Source of the DNA: an uncultured Spirochaetota bacterium
Lineage (GTDB): Bacteria; Spirochaetota; Spirochaetia; SZUA-6; CAVTHK01
Length of the DNA: 58,853 bases
Assembly: GCA_963734495.1 (NCBI GenBank)
Contig: CAVTHK010000018.1
Location: forward strand, 1 to 58,853
Direction of reading: 5' to 3'
Within the stretch, counting starts at the first letter, position 1, and every line of letters begins with the position of its first letter. A program made the translations under genes and the position numbers. The notes beneath the pieces were generated by a model that was not told the origin of the DNA, made no database searches, and was given only the letters and a program-made list of their open reading frames with translations. This document shows positions 52,143 through 58,853 of this stretch, in pieces.

Positions 52143-53711
52143 ATGGCCATCACGACCAACCGTCAGAAGGTGCTCTTCCTCCCGCTCGTGCGGAGCTTCT
52201 TCAACCCGGCTCTCGGCCAGAAGGCCAAAGCGGCCGCGATCGCGGCGGCGAAAGAGCTCAAGATCGACGGCATCTTTCCGGAGGACGGCAAATACACAGC
52301 CGGCTCCATCTGCAACGACCGCGACGTACGCGAGTACTACGAGAAGTGGAAGGCCGACGTCGGCAACATCAAGGCCCTGATCGTGGTCGGCGGCAACTTC
52401 ATGGAGGAGCGCGGCTTCCAGGACACGCTGCGCCTGCTCCCCGAGGACGTGCCCGCCCTGCTCATCTTCCAGAACGACAACCCCTCCAAGATGGACTTCG
52501 CCAACCGGGGCGATGCCTTCTGCGGGGCCCTCTCGATCCACCGCAACGCGAGCATGCTCGGCCGGAACGTCGTTTCCTCGCGGGGCATCGACCTGGCCAA
52601 CCACGCGGTGCTCATCGACACGCTCAAGGAATACATGCGGGTCATCGACGGTATCGAGAGCCTCCGCAACATGCGCGTGGCGATGCTCGGGGTGAACCCG
52701 GTGGAGTTTGCCACCACCTTCACCAACCAGCTCGAGCTCTTCAGGCTCGGGTTCTCGCTGCACACCTACGAGCTGCTCGACCTCTGGGGCGCCACGGTGC
52801 TCGCCGACAAGCAGGCCGCCGCCCCCGACGAGATGAAGAAGCTCTTCCCCGGCATGAAGCCCACCAACCCGATCTCATCGAAGGACCCGAGGATCGCCGA
52901 CATGCGCAAACAGGCCGACAAGCTCTTCGGCCACGCCCGCATCCCCGAGGACAAGTTCAACCTGATGCTGCGCTGCGCGCTGTGGATCCGGGACATCTTC
53001 GAGCGCGACAGCATCGACACCGGAGGCGTCCACTGCTGGACGACCTTCGAGCAGTACTTCCAGATCACGCCCTGCACGTTCGCTTCGCTCGCCGCCTCGC
53101 TGATCGGGAAGCCGCTGGTCTGTGAGACGGACATCTGCCACGCCATCATGTGCCGCCTCGCCTGGGCCATGACCGGCGAGCCGGGCGTGATCCTCGACCT
53201 CAACAACCCGGGCTGGGACCCGCGGATCGTGTCGCTGTTCCACTGCTCGCAGACCCCCGCCGAGTGGATCACCGGCAGAGGCGAGATCGTCGAGCAGACC
53301 ATCATCGAAGGCGACCCCAACGTCGGCAAAGGCAACGCCTACGGCGCCATCAAGGGCGACCTGGCGCCGGTGCCCTTTACCGGCATCTCGGCCGCGACTT
53401 CGGCGACGAGCTTCGACGCTACGGTGTTCCAGGGGCAGCTCCTGCGTGAGCGCGTCGACTCGTTCGGCAGCAACGGCTGGGCCTTCATCCCGAACAACCA
53501 GGACGTGCTCGACGTGATCCACGAGCGGGGCATCCACCACTGCGTCATCATGAAGGGCCACATGGGCAAAGAGGTGGCCAAGGCGCTGGCGTTCCGCGGC
53601 GTCGAGGTCGTGGACCTCGCGGTGCCGGTGCCCAGCCTCGAGGAGATCGAGAAGGAGCTCGGCCCCGCTCCCAAGGGCGGCCGCACCACCTGCCCGATCC
53701 ACTCGATGTAG
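52143..53711 (+). CDS. L-fucose/L-arabinose isomerase family protein
   Basis: GNFMEE, RGDAFCGALS, VHCWT, CETDI, FHCS, IHHC. Confidence 0.82.
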   Translation: MAITTNRQKVLFLPLVRSFFNPALGQKAKAAAIAAAKELKIDGIFPEDGKYTAGSICNDRDVREYYEKWKADVGNIKALIVVGGNFMEERGFQDTLRLLPEDVPALLIFQNDNPSKMDFANRGDAFCGALSIHRNASMLGRNVVSSRGIDLANHAVLIDTLKEYMRVIDGIESLRNMRVAMLGVNPVEFATTFTNQLELFRLGFSLHTYELLDLWGATVLADKQAAAPDEMKKLFPGMKPTNPISSKDPRIADMRKQADKLFGHARIPEDKFNLMLRCALWIRDIFERDSIDTGGVHCWTTFEQYFQITPCTFASLAASLIGKPLVCETDICHAIMCRLAWAMTGEPGVILDLNNPGWDPRIVSLFHCSQTPAEWITGRGEIVEQTIIEGDPNVGKGNAYGAIKGDLAPVPFTGISAATSATSFDATVFQGQLLRERVDSFGSNGWAFIPNNQDVLDVIHERGIHHCVIMKGHMGKEVAKALAFRGVEVVDLAVPVPSLEEIEKELGPAPKGGRTTCPIHSM

Positions 53712-55522
53712 GTACAGGATGTACCTACCCGTGGGCCACACGGACGTGAGGGCCCAGGGTGTCCCGGGCGTGCCCCCGAGCCCTGGCCGCGGCTGCTGAC
53801 GGCGAGCGCCGCGGCCCGCCCAGGCTCGGGGTCGGGCCCCTCCGGGCTCCGCTTCGCTTCGGTCCTTCGGAGGCCCCGCCCGCTCTGCGCCGGGCGGGCC
53901 CTGCGGGTCCCTCACGCGCTGGCGCCCCGCGGCCGCCCTCGTCGCGAGCCGCGCACGCACGCCGCTCACCGCCGCCGTTGTCCTATGCGTGGCCTGTCAT
54001 GCCGTTGCGCCGGCGCCCTCAAATGTCCACCGCTACCAGCCCCGTGGCGAGAACGTCCTCCGGGCCCTCTTCCGCCGCCACTTCGCTGCTTTCGCCGAAG
54101 CCTACCCCGCCCTCTACGCCCGCCACTACGGCCGCTATCGCCTGCCCCGCATCCGAGAGGTGGCCGAGGCGTTTGTCCGCTGCGGCGATCCTCGGTTCGG
54201 GGTGGCTCGGCTGCAGTGCAGCAACCCGGAATGCCGCAGCGAGACCTTCCGCCCCTTCTCCTGCCAGGGCTACTACCTCTGCCCCTCTTGCTCGCAGAAG
54301 AGGACGCTGCTGTTTGCAGAGTTCTTGAGCCGCAGGCTCCTGCTGCGCCTGCCCCACCGCGTGCTCACCTTCACCGTGCCCAAGATCCTGCGACCCGCCT
54401 TCCGCTTCCATCCCAGGCTCTTCGCGGAGGTCAGCCGCCTCATCGCGCGGCTGGTACGCCAGTTCCATGAGCAGGCAGCCCGACAGCCTTTGCTCAGCGG
54501 TTTCGTGCTCGCCTACCAGAGCTCGGGAGACTTTTGCCGGTTCCACCCACACTGGCACGGGGTGTTTTTGGAGGGCGGCTTCGACCAGCAGGGCCGCTTC
54601 CACCACGTGCCTTTCGGCGACCTCGCCAGGATGGCCCAGGCCTTCCGCAGGCGGCTGCTCGCTCTGTTCCTCCAGCGCGGCCTCATAGAGCGCGATCGCG
54701 CCGAGGGACTGCTATGCTGGAAGAACTCCGGATTCAGTTTGGACGGCTCGATCGTACTGCGCGCCACGGATCCCGCGGCCATGGAGCGCCTGGCCCAGTA
54801 CATGGCCCGGCCCCGCATTTCCCTGGGCAAGGTGACGCTCGAGGAGCAGGACGGAAAGGTGCTTTTTCACACCAGCTTCAATCCCTACTTCGGCGAGAAC
54901 CTCAAGCTGTTCGCTGTCACCGACTTCATCGCCGAGCTCACCGCTCACATCCCGCCCAAGGGCGTCCACTACATCCGCCGATATGGGCTATACTCTTCGC
55001 GCACCCGATCCCGTTGGAGCCGCCTGCCCCACATCCTGCGCCTCCGCCAGAAGGCGGCCGAAGCCGACGACCAGGATCGCTGCCCGCCCGCCAGGGGGAG
55101 CTCGACCCTCCCGCGCTTCCTCCACCTGGGCCCGGCTGATCTCAAACGTCTGGGGCGAAGATCCCTTCGTCTGCCCTCACTGCGGCCACCAGATGAAAGT
55201 CCTCGCCGTCATCACCGATCCCCTCCAGGTGGACAGGATCCTGCGCCACCTGGTCAGCATCGGCCGCCCGCCCCCGGGGCTCGACGTCAGTGCGCTGCAG
55301 CAGACGGCCTCATGATCGCAGCCGGCCGCGGCCACCAGCGGCATTCTGCGTCCTCGCATTCGCCGCGCAAGCCCAAGCACCCGCAAATCAGCCCCTACCC
55401 CACGCCACGAGTGCAGCGCCTGGCACCCCACGTCGAACACCGCCCCACCAAGCCCGGCGATCGCCCTTCACGGCCGCTTCCCCCTTGCCGCGCTCCCATG
55501 CCACGCGATCATTTTCCCTATC
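53708..55522 (+). mobile_element. IS91/ISCR-like rolling-circle insertion element (ends approximate)
   Basis: Transposase plus hairpin-rich left flank; right end ATTTTCCCTATC coincides with truncation of the neighbouring gene. Confidence 0.72.
53989..55315 (+). CDS. IS91-family transposase (zinc-binding + Y2_Tnp; frameshift ~55100)
   Basis: CGDPRFG..C...C, FSCQG..LCPSC, HPHWH (HUH), RLAQYMARP, IRRYGLYS, WARLI..VW..DPFVCPHCG. Confidence 0.9.
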
Positions 55523-56023
55523 AGTCGCTCCTGCTCTGACCCGATCTTCCTCTTGGTGTTATCCACTGTCTCCTCTCTGACGAGCTTCCCGCCCTCGAAC
55601 GTGAGGAAGACATTCTTTTCGTAGACAGAGCCGTACCCCATGTGGACATAGGAGAGGAGCTCCCCTTTCGGAATTGTCAGCACGCCGCTGAACCAGGTTG
55701 CCTCCACGGGAAGCTTCTTCCCGAATATCGCAGACACGTCGATCTCAGGCCGGTCACCAGAGCAGGTTCCTTCGACGACCTTGGTGAGAGAAGTTTCCAT
55801 CTTTGATCTCCCACGTCGCTACATACCCCCGCCAGCATGCCGTACAGGAAAACTTGAAAAGGTTACTGGGCCTCGGGTTCGCTTCAGAGAAATAGGACTC
55901 GAGAGGATTCGAGAAGATGGCGAGCGTTTCCCCGTTGTATATCAGCAGGTCGGGGAACTGCGCGGTTGGAAAGACCGGAATCGCGGCAAGCACTACGAAG
56001 ACGAAAACTAGTATTCGTTTCAT
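55523..56023 (-). CDS. Secreted hypothetical protein, 3'-truncated by the IS (frameshift ~55795)
   Basis: Signal peptide, TAQFPD.LIY.G, NPLE.YF, CTACWRGYVATWEI, ATWFSG.L, HMGY.S.YE. Confidence 0.7.
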
Positions 56024-56125
56024 GGATTTCCTTTCATCCCGATGGAAACCGGAGTTCTTGCTGTCATCAAAGGTGGAGGCCACGTCATTGTCGGTCAAAT
56101 TGAACTCCATTCCTCGCACAGGTTC

Positions 56126-56880
56126 CTATCGAACAAACCCCACCTCCATCGTATCGACTGCGATGCTCACAAACTTGCGACTGTGAGGATAGGAACCATT
56201 GAATGACGTTCCCTTCTACACCAAACATCCTGTGAATGTGTCCGTGCAGATGGAGCCTCGGCGGCTTCCTGTCGATCAGCCGCCTGAGTGCCTGACTTCC
56301 GATCTGTTTTCCGTCACTCACGGTATCCAGTGTGCCCCAAGCGGGTCCATGGGTCACCAGGACCGTATTTGCGTCTATCAAGTTCTCGAGCATGCGAAAA
56401 TCCTCATCTTGATCGCTTTCGCACTTCTCGAAAGTCCCACCGACAAACGGAGTCGTGTACTGGTATCCCACGAAGTTGTAAGGGCCCCATTTCGCCTTGC
56501 GCTGGTGGATATTGACGACCTTGGCTTCGCTGGTCGAAGGGCAAGCCCACTGCCAAGGATTCCGTCGCGATCGCCCATGACGAATACTATGGGCTCGCCG
56601 GAGTCTCTCAAGAGCCCTTTGTAATACTCCTGCTTGTTGAGTAGCGCTCTTTGAACTGCTTCTCCGTGGTTGCGTGCGGCTTGTTTTGAGTGCCCGAGGT
56701 CCCTGGCAGCGACCTGAAGGTCCTCTTCAGACGGATACCCCATCAGGTCCCCACCGAGCACGCCAACGTCGTACTTGCGTTCTTTCAGGATACGCGAGAA
56801 GTCCACAAAAGCGGAGTCGAGGCCGTGAAGATCACTCGTGAAGAGGAGTCTCAGACTGACCGGAGGCTGCTCAAAGGACA
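56126..56880 (-). CDS. Metallophosphoesterase (frameshifts; start approximate)
   Basis: TSDLHG, GGDL, MGDRD, VTHGP, HGHIH. Confidence 0.8.
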
Positions 56881-56951
56881 GGTGTCAGGCAACCAGTAGA
56901 ATGGCACAACGGCCGTGTCAACATCGAATTGGGATACGATGTCGTTGTTGG

Positions 56952-57758
56952 TCACGTCTGCCATCCTTCTCCCTGCTGTCCCACGGCCACGTCGCCGGTC
57001 TTGTCGACCACAAGAATGGAATTGCAGTTGGGGCACCTGAAACGTCCTGGCTTCTCCACCTTGAGCTTCCTGGTGCAGGCCGGGCAGGTCAAAGCCCTTG
57101 GGAACCGTGGATAGGTCGAGCCTTCTCGTTGTTGTGGCGCAAGGATGGACGCTTCCATCGCTTTCAATTCGCGTTTCTCCTTGTCAAACCACTTGTTGCG
57201 AAGTTCGAAGGCAATCGGCGTCAGGCTGCAGCCCAGCAACTCGTCAAAGTACCGGACTATACGTTGGAGGGGAACAGGAAGAGGATCTCGTCTCACTCGG
57301 GCGAGGATCTGTCCGGCTTCCTCTTCCTGATCCCGTGATCATGTACAAGAGACCCAAAGCCACAGCCGTTGACCGGGACTGTCCGTGCCAGCAGTGAACT
57401 GTGTAGCCAGTGGCCCTATCCTTTGTCGCGTTGAAGAATGTGATCACCTGTCTGATATGTTCCAGAGTGACGATCTCGTTGGCCTGCTGGGGGAGCAGAT
57501 GAGTAGCGTCCTCGACGTCACGAAACCTGAGTTCCAACACTTGCTCGAAGCTGTCTCGGATTACTTTCGGCATCTGTGGTTGGGATTCCTGATCGAGATG
57601 CAGTGACTCAGGACGCGGCCGCCGGCTTCCAGGCGGCTGACCAGCTCTTCCTCGCCGAACACCTGAACGTCCGGGCCGGGCCGGCGGGAGCTTACCCTCC
57701 GAGGACTGGATTTCGCCCCTGCTACCCGCGATGCCGTCTGCTGATCAGACTTCTTCAC
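56952..57758 (-). CDS. Predicted protein-tyrosine phosphatase with C-terminal zinc ribbon (two frameshifts)
   Basis: SHCISI, L.LRFRDV, VHCWHGQSRS (Cx5R); C-terminal CPAC...KPGRFRCPNC. Confidence 0.75.
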
Positions 57759-58397
57759 TTTGTCGTGCGTTCCAAGGATCAGGTCGGCAGTTCAGGATCT
57801 TCTGGTATTCCTCCTTCCACTTCCTGAGGATGTCTTGCCCGCGGGCTCTGTCAACACGCAGCTGTTCGAAAGCAGGATCGCGTTTGAAGAAGGGGAGGTC
57901 GCGCAGGCTCGCACGTTCCGGCTCTTGCGGCAGGTTTATGTACTGCGAGAAGCCCCAGAGCCTTGCGAATTTCGGAACACCCCTCAGTCAAGGCACCGAC
58001 AACTAGATTGCCCTCGAGGCTCTCGAGCACAGCGCCGAGGTTCACGAATACATTATGAAAAAAGAACTCGTAGCAGTGGAAACGGCTGAGGTTGATGCAT
58101 ATTCTGAGTAGGCCAGCATCAACAAGCCTACATAGAAGGCCGGGAACCAGTTGGACGTTGTAGTTGCTACCCTCGCCCACGAACGCGATTTCCAGGTATT
58201 GTCGCGTGTTGATCTGGACAGGCTCTGACGGTGAGTTGACCGTCGTCATAGGACTCGATGATGTGCCTTAGGTGGTCAGGGACTGCTGCTGTCACTTCGC
58301 CGCCTAACCGCGAACCATATTGAGCCTGAAACTCCGCGACCGTGAAGTCCCTTGACTTAGGCCGCTACCTTCGCTCTACATTTGGCTCCTCAGTCAC
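57745..58397 (-). CDS. Divergent STAS (anti-sigma factor antagonist)-like protein (frameshifts; start approximate)
   Basis: LEIAFVGEGSNYN...LVDAGLLRICINLS...GNLVVGAL...LWGFSQYINL follows the STAS secondary-structure pattern. Confidence 0.55.
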
Positions 58398-58449
58398 TGA
58401 AGATCCGCTCAACTGGCACGACCGTTCCAAGTGCTCGTGACCGCCTTGC

Positions 58450-58853
58450 TCATGGCGGCTTGTTGGAGGTGTGCCAGTAGGCCTTGTTCAGGAACCCTCC
58501 GTGGTAGACCTGGTTCATCTCCCAAGACGTCATGTACGGGAACCGCGTCTGTGACCTGTTTTCGGCTGCACCCGAAGCGTCGGAAGTGGCCGCTCTCAAC
58601 TGCTCGGGCGTTATCCCCTCAAGACTGATGTCGATTCGCTCTCTGTCTTGATGAAGTACAGAAGGCTTACGTCGGGATGAGCAGGGTCGATCCAGTCCAT
58701 GAAGTCGCTCTGGTAGACTGGAGTGCCAAGTTGCTTTGACAGCCTCGCCATGAATGCGACGTAGTAGCTGCTGCGGCCTAGGGCCAGGTACTTTGGGTCC
58801 TCGATCTTCTGGCCCTTCATGTACCAGGAGCCGGTCGCCTCCATGTCAGCTTT
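58450..58853 (-). CDS. Hypothetical protein (5' partial, frameshift ~58620)
   Basis: ORF 58611-58844 continues in another frame as EGITPEQL...FLNKAYWHTSNKPP*. Confidence 0.5.

Overview
High-GC bacterial chromosome segment, most likely Spirochaetota (inferred from '...VFAGGQG' / '...LWAGPTAE' signal peptides and spirochaete-type STAS motifs). Many single-base frameshifts look like long-read assembly errors. (1) 1-~10.2 kb: an integron cassette array on the + strand, with no integrase in the window. It has five related attC sites and a decayed tail. Cassettes carry DUF2971, a HEPN protein, lysA, and two inverted oxidoreductases. Every attC carries a conserved CTGGCR-N18-TAKACT sigma70-like promoter motif in its variable loop, and attC4/5 share an L''-box deletion. 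(2) ~10.2-53.7 kb: core-like genes, including sugar and peptide ABC transporters, hydrolases, aldo/keto reductases, a Phd-VapC toxin-antitoxin pair, a sulfocyanin-like lipoprotein, an adenylate cyclase followed by two beta-barrel/lipoprotein pairs, a TetR regulator with two candidate operators, and a fucose isomerase-like gene. (3) 53.7-58.85 kb: an IS91/ISCR-like rolling-circle element, then a lower-GC minus-strand cluster containing apparent fragments of the spirochaete STAS anti-anti-sigma protein plus two phosphatases. All family calls come from motif recognition, not database searches.
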